A model generated the notes under the pieces. That model searched no databases, was not told the origin of the DNA, and saw only the letters and a list, made by a program, of their open reading frames with translations. Positions 34,751 to 49,700 of a stretch of DNA of 64,000 bases are shown here, piece by piece. Both the position numbers and the translations under genes were made by a program. The stretch's first letter is position 1. Each line of letters starts with the position of its first letter. Source of the DNA: the human T2T-CHM13v2.0 reference genome, Homo sapiens; NCBI RefSeq assembly GCF_009914755.1, contig NC_060934.1. The stretch is one strand, 5' to 3'.

Positions 34751-37700
34751 TTCTATTCCATTCGACTCCATTGCATTCCATTCCATTCCATTCCATTCGT
34801 TTCCATTCCATTCGAGTCCATTCCACTCCAGTCTATTCCATTCGAGTCCATTCCATTCCAGTTCATTCCATTCGAGTCCATTCCATTCCATTCCATTCGA
34901 TATCGTTCAGTTACACTCACTTCCATTCTATTCCTTTCGTTTCCATTCAATTCCATTCTATTCTATTCCATTCCATTCGATTCCATTCCATTCTATTCCA
35001 TTCCTTTCGATTAAATTCCACTGGATTCCACACCATTCCATTCCATTGCATTCCATTCTATTCCATTCCATTGCATTCCATTACTTTCCATTTTATTACA
35101 TTCCATTCGATTAAATTCGGTTCCATTCCTTTCGACTCCATTCCATTCGAGTCAATTCCCTTGCAATCCATTCAATTCCATTCCTTTCAGTTCGACTCCA
35201 ATCCGTTGAATTCCAATATGTTCCAGTCCATACCATTCGAGTTCATTCCTTTCCAGTCCATTCCATTCGATTCCCTTCCATTTGATTCCATTCCTTTCGA
35301 CTCCATTGCACTGGATTCCACTCCATTCCATTCCTGTGCATTCCATTCTATTCCATTCCATTGCATACCACTCCGTTCCATTTGAGTACATTTCATTCGT
35401 TTCCATTCCATTCAAATCAATAGCATTGGATACCATTACATTCGAGTCCATTCTATTCCAGTCCATTCCATTCCGGTCCATTCCATTCGTGTCCATTCCA
35501 TTCCATGCCATTCCATTTCATTTGATTCATTTCCATTCGATTATATTCCATTCGACTCCATTCCATTCCATTCCTTTCCATTCCATTCTATTCCAATCCA
35601 TTCCATTCGTTTCCATTCCATTTGAGTCCGTTTCACTACCGTCCATTTCATTCGATTTAATTCATTCCAGTCCATTCCATTCGAGTCCATTCCATTTCAT
35701 TCCATTTCATTCGATATCTTTCCATTACACTCCATTCCATTCTATTCTTTCCATTACATTCAACTCCTTTTCATTCGATTCAATGCCATTCAATTCCATT
35801 CCATTTGATTCCAGTCCATTCTAATCCATTCCATTCCATTCCGTTCCATTCAAATCCAATCCGTTCGATTGCATTATGTTCCAATCCATTCCATTCTATT
35901 CCATTCCATTCCAGTACATTCCATTTGATTCCATTCCATTCAATTCCATTCCATTCGATTCCACTGCATTCCATTCCATTGCATTCCGTTCTATTCCATT
36001 CCACTGCATTCCATTCCATTACATTTGATTACATTCTACTCGATTCCATACCATTTGAATCATTCACATTTCAATACATTACATTCGTGTCCGTTCTATT
36101 CCAGTCCATTCCTTTCCAGTCCATTCCATTTGATTCCATTCCATTCGATTCCATTCAATTCGATTCCATGCCATACCACTCTTTTCCATTTGATTCCATG
36201 ACATTTGGGTCCATTCCATTCCATGACATTCCGTTCCATTACATTCGATGCCATTCCATTCGATTATATTCCATTCAAGTGCATTCCATTCGAGTCCATT
36301 CCATTCCATTTCATTCCATTCCATTTGATGCCATTCCATTCGATTCTATTCCATTCTACTCCATTCCATTCCATTCCATCCGACTCCATTCCATTCTATA
36401 CTTTTCCATTCCATTCCATTGCATTCCATTCAATTCGTTTCTATTCCATTCGAGTCCATTCCACTCCTGTCAATTTCTTTCGAGTCCATTCCATTCCAGT
36501 CCATTTGATTCGAGTGCATTCCATTCCAGTCCATTCCACTCGAGTCCATTCCATTAAATTCCATTCCTTTTGACATCTTTCCATTACACTCCATTCCATT
36601 TTTTTCCAATCGATTCCATTCCATTCGAATCTATTACATTGCAATCCATTACATTCCTGTCCGTTCTATTCCAGTCCACTCCATTCCAGTCCACTCCATT
36701 CGATTCCATTCCATTTGATACCATTCCATACTATTGCATTCCATTCCATTCTAATTGAATAAATTCCATTCGAGACCCTTCCTTTTGAGTCCATTCTATT
36801 TGAGTCCAGTCCGTTCGAGTTCATTACAATTTGGTCCATTCCATTCCATTAAATTCCATTTGATGCCATTCCCCTCTATTCTATTGCATTCGAGTCCATT
36901 CCATTCCATTCCATTCGATGCCATTCCATTTGATTCTATTCCATTCGACTCCATTCCATTCCATTGCCTTCCATCCAATTCCATTCCATTCTATTCCTTT
37001 CCATTCCATTCGTTTCATTTCCATTCCCATCCATTCCACTCCAATCCATTCCATTCGAGCCATTTCAATTCCAGTACATTACATTCGAGTCCATTCCATT
37101 CCATTCGATTTGATTTCTGTCCATTCCACTCCATTCCACTCTATTCCTTTCAATTCTCTTCAATTCCATTCTATTCCTTTCCATTCCATTCGGGTCCATT
37201 CCACTTGACTCCATTCCATTCGAGTCCATTCCATTCAATTCCATTCCATTCAGTTCAATTCCAATCTGTACAATTCCATTTTGTTCCAGTCCTATCCATT
37301 CGAGTCCATTATATTCCAATCCATTCCAATCGATTCCATTCCATTCGATTCCATTCCACTCGATTCCACTCCATTGCATTCCAGTGCATTCCATTCTATT
37401 CCATTCAATTGCATTCCATTCCACTCCATTTGATTACATTCCATTAAATTCCATTCAATTCGAATCAATTACATTGCAATACATTACTTTCCTTTCCATT
37501 TTATTCCAGTCCATTCCACTCCGGTCCATTCCATTTGACTCCATCCATTCAATTCCATTACATACTATTGCATTCCATTCGATTCCATTCAATTCGAATA
37601 AATTCCATTTGAGACCATTCCTTTCGAGATCATTCTAATTGAGTCCATTCCATTTGAGTTCATCACATTTGAGTCTATTCCTTTCCTTTCCTTTCCATTC

Positions 37701-40700
37701 CATTTGATGCCATTCCATTCGATTCCATTTCATTCGAGTCCATTCCACTCGACTTCATTCCATTTCATTCCATTCCATTCCATTCCATTCCTTTCCATTC
37801 GAAGCCATTCCATTGGATTCTATTCCATTTGACTCCATTCTATTCCATTCCTTTCCATCTGATTCCATTCCATTCTTTTCCTTTCCTTTCCATTCCATTC
37901 GTTTTCATTCCATTCGAGTCCATTCCACTCCAGTCCTTTCCATTCGAGAAAATTCCAATCCAGTCCATTCCATTGAAGTCCATTCCATTACATTCGATAT
38001 CTTTCCACTGCGCTTGCTTCCTTTCCATTCCATGCGATACCATTGCATTCTATTCTATTCCATTTGAGTCCATTCCATTCGAGACCATTCCATTCCACTG
38101 CATTCCATTCCATACACTTCCATTCCATACTATTCCTTTCCATTCCATTCTTTTCAATTCCATTCGTTTTCTTTGCATTCGAGTCCATTCCACTCCAGTA
38201 CTTTCCAGTCATGTCTGTTAAATTCCAGTCCATTCCATTCGAGTCCTTTCCATTCCATTCCATTCGATATCTGTCCATTACACTCCATTCCATTCTATTC
38301 CTTTTGATTCCATTGAATTCAATTACGTTCGATTCCATTGTATTCAATTCCATTCCATTCGACTCCATTCCATTCGAGTCCATTTCATTCCATTCCATTA
38401 CGTTCCGCATGATTCCAATCCGTTCCATTCCATTTTTTTCCATTCCATTCCATCCCAGTCCATTCCATTCTAGTCCATTTAATTCCATTCCATTCCATTC
38501 AATTCCACTCGTTTCCAGTTGGTTCGATTCAATTTTGTTGCAGTCCATTCCATAACTTTACATTCCATTCGATTCCATTCCACTCGATTCCATTCCACTC
38601 GATTCCATTCCACTCAATTCCATTCTACTCGAAACCACTCAGTTCCATTACATTGTATTCCATTCTATTCCATTCCATTGCATTTGATTACATTCCATTT
38701 GATTCCATTCCATTCGAATCAATTACATTGCAATCCATTACAATCAACTGAGTTCTATTCCAGTCCACTCCATTCCAGTCCCTTGCATTCGATTCAATTC
38801 CGTTCGATTCCATTCCATACTATTGCATTCCATTTGATTCCATTATATTGGAATAAATTCCATTCAATACCATTCATTTCGAGTACATTCTATTTGAGTT
38901 CATGCCATTCGAGTCCATTACATTTGGGTCTACTCCACTCCATTCCATTCCATTCCATTCTATTCCTTGCCCTTCCATTCCATTGTATTCCTTTTGAGTC
39001 CATTTCATTCGAGTCCATTCCATTCCATTACATTCCATACCATTTGATGCCATTCCATTCGATTCTATTCCAGTTGACTTCATTCCACTCCATTCGATTC
39101 CATCTGATTCCATTCCATTCTATTCCTTTTCATTCCATTCCATTCCATTCCATTGCATTCCATTCCATTCCATTCCATTCCATTCCAATTGTTTCCCTTC
39201 CCTTCCCTTCCATTCCATTTCATTCCATTTGTTTCCTTTCCATTTGAGTCCATTCCATTCCATTCCATTCCATTCCATTCCATTCCATATCTTTCCATTG
39301 CACTCCATTCCATTCTATTCTTTTTGATTCCATTCAATTCCGTTGTATTTGATTCCATTCCATTCGATTCCATTCCATTTGACTACATTCCAATCGAGTC
39401 CATTCCATTCCATTCCATTCTGTTCCACTCGATTCCAATCTATTCGATGCCATTTTTTCCAGGCCAATCCGTTCGAGTACATTACATTTCAGTCCATTCT
39501 ATTCCATTCCATTTGAAGCGATTCAATTCCACTCGATCCCACTCCTTTCGATTCCATTGCATTCTATTCTATTCCAATCCATTGCATTCCGTTTGATTAC
39601 ATTCCGTTTGATTCCATTCAATTTGATTCCATTCCATTTGATTCATTTCCATAGTATTGCATTCAATTAGATTCCAGTGTTTTCGTATGAATTCCATTCG
39701 AGGCCATTCTCTTTGGAGTCCATTCTATTTGATTCCATTCCATTAGTGTACATTACATTTGGGTCCATTCCATGACATTCCATTCCATTCCATTCCATTC
39801 CATTCCATTCATTTGATGCCATTCTATTTGACTCCATTCCATTCGAGTCCATTCCATTCGAGTAAATCCTTTCTGTTCCATTCCATTTCATTCCATTCCA
39901 TTCGAAGCCATTCCATTGGATTCTATTCCATTTGACTCCATTCCATTCCATCTGATTCCATTCCATTCTATTCCTTTGCATTCCATTCCATTCCCTTCCC
40001 TTCCATTCCATTCGTTTCCATTTCTTTCGTGTCCATACCACTCCTGTCCATTCCATTTGCATCCATTCCACTCCAGTCCATTCCATTCGAGTCCATTCCA
40101 TTCCATTCCATGCCATTCGATATCTTTCTATTACACTCCATTTCATTCTATTCCTTTCAATTCCATTCCATTCGGTTCCATTCCATTCGACTCTATTCCG
40201 TTCTAATCCATTCCATTCCATTCCATTCCATTCCATTCCGTTCTGTATGATTCCAATGTGTTAGATTCCATTTTGTTCCAGTCCATTACATTCGAGTCCA
40301 TTCCATTGCAGTCCATTCCATTCGATTCCATTGCACTTGATTCCATTCCGTTCCATTCCATTTCATTCCATTCTATTCCATTCTATTGCATTCCATTCTA
40401 TTCCATTTGATTACATTCCATTCGATTCCATTCCATTTGAATCAATTACCTTTCAATCCATTGCATTCGATTCCGTTCTATTGCAGTCAACTCCGTTTGA
40501 TTGCATTCCATTCGATTCCATTCCATACTATTTCATTCCATTCGATTCCATTCTATTCGACTAAATTCCATTTGAGACCATTCCTTTCGAGTCCCTTCTA
40601 TCTGAATCCATTCCATTCGAGTCCATTACAGTTTTGTCCACTCCATTCTATTGCATTCCATTCCATTCCATTCCATTGCATTCCATTCCATTCCATTACA

Positions 40701-43700
40701 TTCCATGCCATTACATTCCATGCCATTACATTTGATTCTATTCCATTCGAGTCCATTCCATTGAATTCCATTCCATTCCATTCCATTCTATGCCATTCCA
40801 TTCGATTTTATTCCATTTTACTCCATCCCATTCCATTCAGTTCCATCCAATTCCATTCCATTCTATTCCTTTCCCTTCCACTCCATTCCATTCCTTTCAT
40901 TTCCATTCCATTCTAGTCCATTCGTCTCTAGTCCATTCATTTGGGTCCATTAAATTGCACTCTATTCCATTCGAGTCCATTCCATTACATTCCATTCGAT
41001 ATCTTTCCATTACACTCCACACCTTTCTGTTACTTCAAATTCATTCAATTCCGTTCCATTCGATTCCATTTCATTCAGTTCCATTACATTCAAATCCTTT
41101 CCACTCGAGTCCATTCCATTCCATTCTGTTCCATTCAATTCCAATCCGTTTGATTCCATTTTGTTCCAGTAAATTCCATTCGAGTCCATTCCATTCAAGT
41201 CCATTCCATTCGATTCCATTCCATTTGATTCCATTGCACTCGATTCCACTCCATTCCATTCCATTGCATTCCATTCTATTCCATTCCATTGCCTTCCATT
41301 CCATTCCATTTGATTACATTCCATTTGATTACATTCCATTTGATTCCATTCCATTCGAATCAATTACTTTGCAATCCATTTCATACGAATTTGTTCTATT
41401 CCAGTCCATTCTATTCCATTCCATTCCATTTGATTTCATTCCATTCTATTCCAATCCATAGTACTGAATTAAATTCGATTCCATTCTATTAGAATAAATT
41501 TCATTTGAGACCATTCCTTTTGAGTCCATTCTATTTGAGTCCATTCCATTAGATTCCTTTACATTTGGGTCCACTCCATTCCATTCAATTCCATTCGATG
41601 CCATTCCATTCTATTCTATTAAATTTGAGTCCATTCCATTAAATTCCATTCCATTCCATTCGATGCCATTCCATTAAATTCTGTTTCATTCGACTCCATT
41701 CCATTCCATTCTGTTCCATCTGATTCCATTCCATTCTATTCCTTACCATTCCATACAATTCATTTCCACTCTTGTCCATTCCATTTGATTCCATTCGACT
41801 CCAGTCCATTCCATTCGTGTCCATTCAATTCCTGTCCATTCCTTTCGAGTCCAATGCTTTAGACTCCATTCCATTCGTTTCAATTCCATACTATTGCATT
41901 ACTTTCGATTCCATTCTATTCGAATAAATTCCATTCGAGAACTTTCCTTTCAAGTCCATTCAATTTGAGTCCATTCTTTTCTAGTCCATGACATTTTTGT
42001 CCATTCCATTGCATTCCATTTCATTCCATTTCATTCTACTCCATTCTATTCCATTCCATTCCATTCTATGACACTCCATTTGACTCTATTCCACTCGACT
42101 CCATTCCATTCGAGTCCATTCCATTCCATACCATTCAATTCGATGGCATTCCATTTGATTCTACTACATTCGACACCATTCCATTCCATTATGTTCCATC
42201 ATATTCCATTCCATTCTATTCGTTTCCATTCCATTCCATTGCATTCCATTCCACTCCTTTTCTTTCCATTCATTTCCATTCCATTCCATTGCATTCCATT
42301 CCACTCCATTTCATTCCATTCTTTTCCATTCCATTCGAGTCCATTCCCCTCCTGGCCATTCCATTCTAGTCCATTCCATTCCAGTTCATTCCAATCGAGT
42401 CCATTCCATTCCATTCCATTCCATTCCATTCCATTCCATTCCATTCGTTATCTTTCCATTACCCTCCATACCATTCTATTCCTTTCGATTCCATTCAATT
42501 CTATTCCATTTGATTCCATTGCATTTGATTCCATTCCATGCGACTCCATTCCATTCGAATCCATTTAATTCCATTCCGTTCCTTTTCATTCAGTTCTATT
42601 AAATTTCAATCCGTTTGATTCCATTTTTTCCAGTCCATTCATTTCGAGTCCATTCCATTACAGTCCATTCCATTCGAATCCATTCCATTCCATTCCATTC
42701 AATTGCATATCTTTAACTTACACTCCATTTCATTCTATTCCTTTCGATTTCATTTAATTCCATTCCATTGCTCTCCATTCCATTCGAATCCATTCCATTC
42801 CATCAGTTCCATTCAATTCCAATCCATTCGATTACATTTTGTTCTGGTCCATTCCATTCGAGTCCATTCCATTCCATTCGATGTCACTCCATTGGATTCT
42901 ATTCCATTTGACTCCATTACATTCCACTCCATTCCATCCTATTCCATTCCATTCTGTTCCTTTCCATTCCATTCCATTCCATTCTATTCGTTTCCATTTC
43001 TTTCGAGTCCATTCCACTCCAGTCCATTCCATAAGAGTCCATTCAATTGTAGTGCATTCCATTCGAGTCCATTCCTTTCTATTCCTTTCGATTTCTTTCC
43101 ATTTTACTCCATTCCATTCTACTCCTTCCGAATCCATTCAATTCCATTATATTTTATTCCATTCCATTCGATTCCATTCCATTCGAATCCATTCCATTCG
43201 ATTCCATTCGATTCCATTCCATTCCATTCGATGTCACTCGATTGGATTCTATTCTATTCGACTCCATGACATTCCACTCCGTTCCATCTAATTCCATTCC
43301 ATTCTATTCCATTCCATTCCATTCCATTGCTTTCCATTCCATTCCATTCCATTCGTTTCCTTTCCTTTTGAGTCCATTCCACTTCAGTCCATTCCATTCT
43401 AGTCCATTGCATTCCAGTCCGTTCCATTCGATTCCATTGCATTCCATTACATTTGATAACTTTCCATTACACTCCATTCCATTCTATTCCATTCGACTCC
43501 ATTCAATTCCATTACATTTGATTCCATTCTACTCCATTCCATTCTAGTTAAATCCTTTTCATTCCATTCCATTCCATTTGATTGTGATCTGCACGATTCC
43601 ATTTTGTTCCAGTCCATTCCATTCGAGTCCATTCCATTCCAGTCCATTCCATTAAATTCCTTTCCCTTCGATTCCACTCCATTCGATTCCATTCCACTCG

Positions 43701-46329
43701 ATTCCACACCGTACCATTCCATTGCATTCCATTCTATTCTATTCCATTCCATTGCATTCCATTCCATTCCACTTGATTACATTCCATTATATTCCTTTCC
43801 ATTCGAATCAGTTACATTGCCATTCATTACATTTGAGTCCGTTCTATTTCAGTCCATTCCATTCCGGTCCATTCCATTCGATTCCATTCCGTTCAGTTCC
43901 ATTCCATACTATTGCATTCTATTCGATTCCATTGTATTCGAATAAATTCCATTTGAGAACATTCTTTTCGAGTCCTTTCTCTTTGAGTTCATTCCATTCG
44001 AGTCCATTGCATTTGAGTCCATTCCATTCCATTCCATTCCATTCCATTCCACTCCATTCCATTCCATTCAAGGCCATTTCATTCAATTCTATTCCATTCG
44101 AGTCCATTCCATTCGACTCCATTCCATTCCATTACATTCTATTCCGCTCCATTCCATTCCATTTAAGGCAATTCCATTCGATTATATTCCATTCGGGTCC
44201 ATTCAATTGGAGTCCATTCCATTCCATTACATTCCTTTTGGTTCTATTTGATGCCATTCCATTCGATTCTCTTCCATTCGAATCCATTCCATTCCATTCC
44301 CTTAAATCCAACTTCATTCCATTTTAGTCCTTTCCATTCCATTCCATTCCATTCTTTTCCCATCCATTCCAGTCCATTCCACTCCAGTCCATTCTATTGG
44401 AGCCCATTCCATTCCAGTCCTTCCCATTTGAGTCCATTCCATTCAAATCCATTCCATTCGAATCCACTCCATCCCTTTCCTTTCTATTCGATATCTTTCC
44501 ATTACACTCCATTCTATTCTGTGCCTTTCGATTCTATTCAATTCCGTTCCATTCAATTCCATTTCTTTCAATTCTTTCCTTTTGACTCCATTCCATTCGA
44601 GTCCATTCTATTCCATTGCATTCAATATCTCTAGATTACACTCCATTCCATTCTATACTTTCAAATCCATTAATTCCATTCCATTCGTTTCCTTTCCATT
44701 CGGTTCCATTCCATTCGACTCCCTGCCATTCGATTCCATTCCATTCCATTACAATCCATTCAATTCGAATCCAATCCTTTCGATTCCATCTTGTTCCAGT
44801 CCATTTTATTCGAGTCCATTCCATTCCAGTCCATTCCATTTTATTCCTTTCCATTCAATTCCATTCCACTCGATTCCACTCCCTTCCATTTTATTGCATT
44901 TCATTCTATTCCCTTCCATTTCATACCTTCCATTCCATTTTATTACATTAGATTTGAATCCATTCCGTTCAAATAAATTACATTGCAATCCATTACAGTC
45001 GAGTCCATTCTGTTCCAATATATTCCATTCCAGTCAATTCCATTTGGTTCCATTCCTTTCTATTCCTTTCTATACTATTGCCTTCCATTCGATTCCATTC
45101 TTTTTGAATAAACTCCATTCGAGACCATTCCTTTCGAGTCCATTCTATTTGAGTCCATTCAATTCTTGTCCATTGTATTTGGTTCCATTCCGTTCCATTC
45201 CATTTCATTCCTTTCCATTCTTTCCATACCATTCGATCTCATTTCATTCTGTTCTATTCCGATCGAGTCCATTCCATTTCTTTCCATTCCATTCGATTCT
45301 GTTCCATTCGTCTCCATTCCTTTCCATTCCATTTCATCCGATGCTGTTCCATTCTATTCCTTTCAATTCCATTCCCTCCATTCAATTCGTTTCGATTCCA
45401 TTAGAGTCCATTCAACTCCAGTACATTACATTTGTCTCCATTCCATTCCAGTCCATTTCATTCGAGTCCATTCCATTCCACTTGATATCTTTCCAATACT
45501 CTCCATTCTATACTATTCTATTTGATTCAATTCAATTCCATTCTATTCAATCCCATTCCATTCGTTTCCATTCCATTCGACTCCATTCCATTCGCGTCCC
45601 TTCCATTCCATTCCATTCCATTCTGTTCGATGCCATTCCATTGGATTCTATTCCATTCGTCTCCATTCCATTCCATTCCGTTACGTATGATTTCATTCCT
45701 TTCTCCTCCTTTCTATTCCATTCCCTTCCATTCGTTTCGTTTCCATTCCATTCGAGTCCATTCCACTCCTTTCCATTGAATTCCAGTCCATTCTCTTCCA
45801 GTCCATTCCATTCGAGTCCATTCCATTCCTTTCCATTCGATATCATTCCATTACCCTCCATTCCATTCTGTTCTTTTCGATTCCATTCAATTCCATTCCA
45901 TTCAATTCCATTCCGTTCGGTTCCACTCCATTCGAATCCATTCCATTCGCGTCATTTCCATTCCATTCCGTTCCGTTCGATTCCAGTTGGTTTTATTCCA
46001 TTTTTTTCCAGTCCATTCCATTCGATTCCAATCCATTCGAATATATTCCATTCAATTCCATTGCACTCGATTCCACTCTGTTCCATTCCATTGCATTCCA
46101 TTCTATTCCATTCCACTGTATTCCATTCCGTTCCATTTTATTACTTTCCATTTTATTCCATTTCATTCGAATAAATTACGTTTCAATTCATTATATTCGA
46201 ATCCATTCTATTCCACTCCATTCTATTCCAGTCCTTTCCTTTCAATTCCATTCCAGTCAATTCCATTCCATACTATTGCATTTCATTTGATTCCATTCCA
46301 TTCAAATAAATTCCATTCAGGACCACTCC

Positions 46330-46700
46330 TTTTGAGTCCATTCTATTTGAGTCCAGTCCATTCGAGTCCATTACATTTGCTCCCATTCCGTTCCATTTGC
46401 ATTCCATTCCATTCAATGACACTCCATTCCTTTCAATTCCATTTGAGTTCATTCCGTTCGAGTCCATTACATTTGGGTCCATTCCATTCCACTCCATTCC
46501 ATTCCATTCCATTTGCATTCCGTTCCATTCCATTCAATGACAGTCCATTCCGTTCAATTTCATTTGAGTCAATTTCATTCGAGTCCATCACATTTTGGTC
46601 CTTTCCATTCCATTCCAATCCATTCCAATCCATTTGCATTCCATTCCATTCCATTCAATGACAGTCAATTCCATTCAATTCCATTCGAGTCCATTCAATT
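46330..46700 (+). repeat. 121-bp period triplication inside HSat3
   Basis: Rare marker caatgaca at 46414, 46535 and 46656, each preceded by atttgcattcc. Confidence 0.8.
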
Positions 46701-49700
46701 CGAGTACATTCCATTCCCTTCCTTTCGATTAAATTTCATTTGATTCTATTCCAGTCAACTCCATTCCATTCCATTCCGTTCCATCCAATCCCTTTCCATT
46801 CTATTCCATTCCAATCCATTCAATTTCATTCCATACCATTCATTTCCATTCCATTTGAGTCCATTCCACTCCAGTCCATTCCATTCCAGTCAATTACATT
46901 CAAGTCCATTCCATTCAAGTCCATTCCATTCCATTTGCTATCTTTTCATTACACTCCATTCCATTCTATTTCTTTAAATTCCATTCAATTCCTTTTTATT
47001 CGATTCCATTCCATTCGATTCCATTCCATTCGACTACATTCCAATCGAGTCCATTGCATTCCGTTCCTTTCCATTCCGTTCCGTTCGATTCCAATCCATT
47101 CGATTCCTTTCTTTTGCATTCCATTCCTTTAGACTGCATTCCATTACAGTTCATTCCATTCGATTCCATTCCATTCGATTGCATTCCATTTAATTTGATG
47201 CCATTCAATTTGATTCACTTCCATTCGACTCCATTCAATTCAATTCCATTCCATCAGATTCCATTCCGATATATTCCTTTCAATTCCATTCCTTTCCATT
47301 CCATTCCATTCCATTCCACTCGTTTCCATTGCACTCAATTCTATTCCACTTCAGTCAATTCATTTGAATACATTCCATTAAAGTTCATTCCATTCGACTC
47401 CATTCCTTTCCATTCCTTTCCATCAGATTCCATTCCGTTTTCTTCATTTCTCTTCCATTCCTTTCCATTCGTTTCCATTCCATTCGAGTCCATACCACTC
47501 CAGTCCATTCCATTTGAGTCCATTCCATTCCAGTCCATTCTTTTAGAGTCCATTCCATTTCATTCCATTTGATATCGTTCCATAACACTCCATTCCATTC
47601 CATTCCTTTCGATTCCATTCAATTCCATTCCATTCGACTCTATTACATTCAATTCAATTCCATTTGATTCCATTCGATTCCATTCCATTCCCTTCCAGTC
47701 GACGACTTTCCATTCGATTCTATTCCATTTGATTCCATTCCTTTTTATTCCGATCCATCCAGTTCAATTCCATTCTATTCCTTTCCATTCCATTCCGTTT
47801 TTTTCCTTTCCAGTCGAGTCCATTCCACTGCATTCCATTCCATTCGAGTCCATTCCAATACAGTCTATTCCATTTTAGACCATTCCATTCCATTCCTTTG
47901 CATTCGATATCTTTCCATTACACTCCATTCCATTCTATTCATTTGTATTCCTTTCAATTCCATTCCATTCGTTTCCATTCCATTCGACTCCATTCCTTTC
48001 GTGTCCATTCCATTCCAACCCGTGCGATTTGATTCCTAGCCATACGATTGCATTTTGTTCCAGTCCATTCCATTCGAGTCCATTCCATTCTATTCCATTC
48101 CATTCCTTTCTATTAAATTCCAGTCTAGTCCATAACATTCGAGTCCATTCCTTTCCATACCATTCCATTCCATTCCATTCCATTCCATTTGATGCCATTG
48201 CATTCAATTCTATTCCATTCGACTCCATTCTCTTCCATTCCATTCCATCCGATTCCATTCCATTCCTTTCCTTTCCATTCGTTTCCATTTCATTTTAGTT
48301 GATTACACTGTAGTCCATTCCATTCGAGTCTATTCCTTTCCAGTACATTCTAGTCCATTCTATTCCATTCTATCCCATTGGATATCATTACATTACCCTG
48401 CCTTTCATTCTATTCCTTTCGATTCCATTCATTTCCATTCCATTCAGTTTCATTCCATTCAACTCCATTCCATACCATTCCACTCCATTCCATTCCATTC
48501 CTTTCAGTTTGGTTCCAATCCGTTCAATTCTGCTTTGTTCTAGTCCATTCCATTCGAGTACAATGCATTGCAGTCCATTCCATTCGATTCCATTCAAATC
48601 AATTCCATTCCACTTGATTGCACTCTGTTCCCTTCCATTGCATTCCATTCTATTCCATTCCACTGCAATCCATTCGATTCCATTTGATTACAATCCATTC
48701 GATTCCATTCCATTTGAATCAAATACTTTGCAATCCATTTCATTTGAGTCTTTTCTATTCCAATCCATTCCATTCCAGTCCATTCCATTCAATTCCATTA
48801 CATACTATTGCTTTTCATTTGATTCCATTCTATTCGAATAAGTTCCATTTGAGACCATTTCTTTCGAGTCCATTCTGAGTCCATTCCATTCGAGTCCATT
48901 TCATTTGGGTCCATTCCATTCCATGCCATTCCATTTGATTCATTTCCATTAGAGTACATTCCATTCGAATCCATTCATTCCATTCCATTCCATTCCATGC
49001 AATTCCATTCAATTATATTACATTCGACTCCATTCCAATCCATTCTGTTCAATCCGATTCTATTCCAGTCTATTCCTTTCCATTTCATTCCATTCTGTTC
49101 CTTTCGATTCCATTTCATTCGAGTCCATTCCATTCCATTCCAAGCCATTCCATTCAATTCTATTCCACTCGCCTCCATTCCATTCGACTCAATTCCATTC
49201 CATTCCATTCGACTCCATTCCATTCCATTCCATTCCATTCCATTCCATTCCATTCCATTCTATTCGATGACATTCCATTGTATGCTATTCCCTACAACTC
49301 CATTCAATTCCATTTCGTTCCATCAGATTCCTTTCCATTATATTGCTTTCCTTTCCATTCCATTCCATTCTATTCAATTCCATTCCATTCCATTCGTTTC
49401 CATTACATTTGAGTCCATTCCATTCGATTCCATTCAATTCCAGTCCATTCCATTCGAGTCCATTCCATTCCATTCCATTTGATATCTTTCCATTACACTC
49501 CATTCCATTCTATTCCTTTCGATTCCATTCAATTCCATTCCGTTCGATTCCATTCGATTCAATTCCATTCCATTCGACTCTATTCCTTTTGAGTCAATTC
49601 CATTCCATTCTATTCCATTCCGTTCGATTCCATTCCATTTGATTACATTTTGTTCCAGTCCATTCCTTTCGAGTCCATTCCATTTCAGTCCATTCCATTC

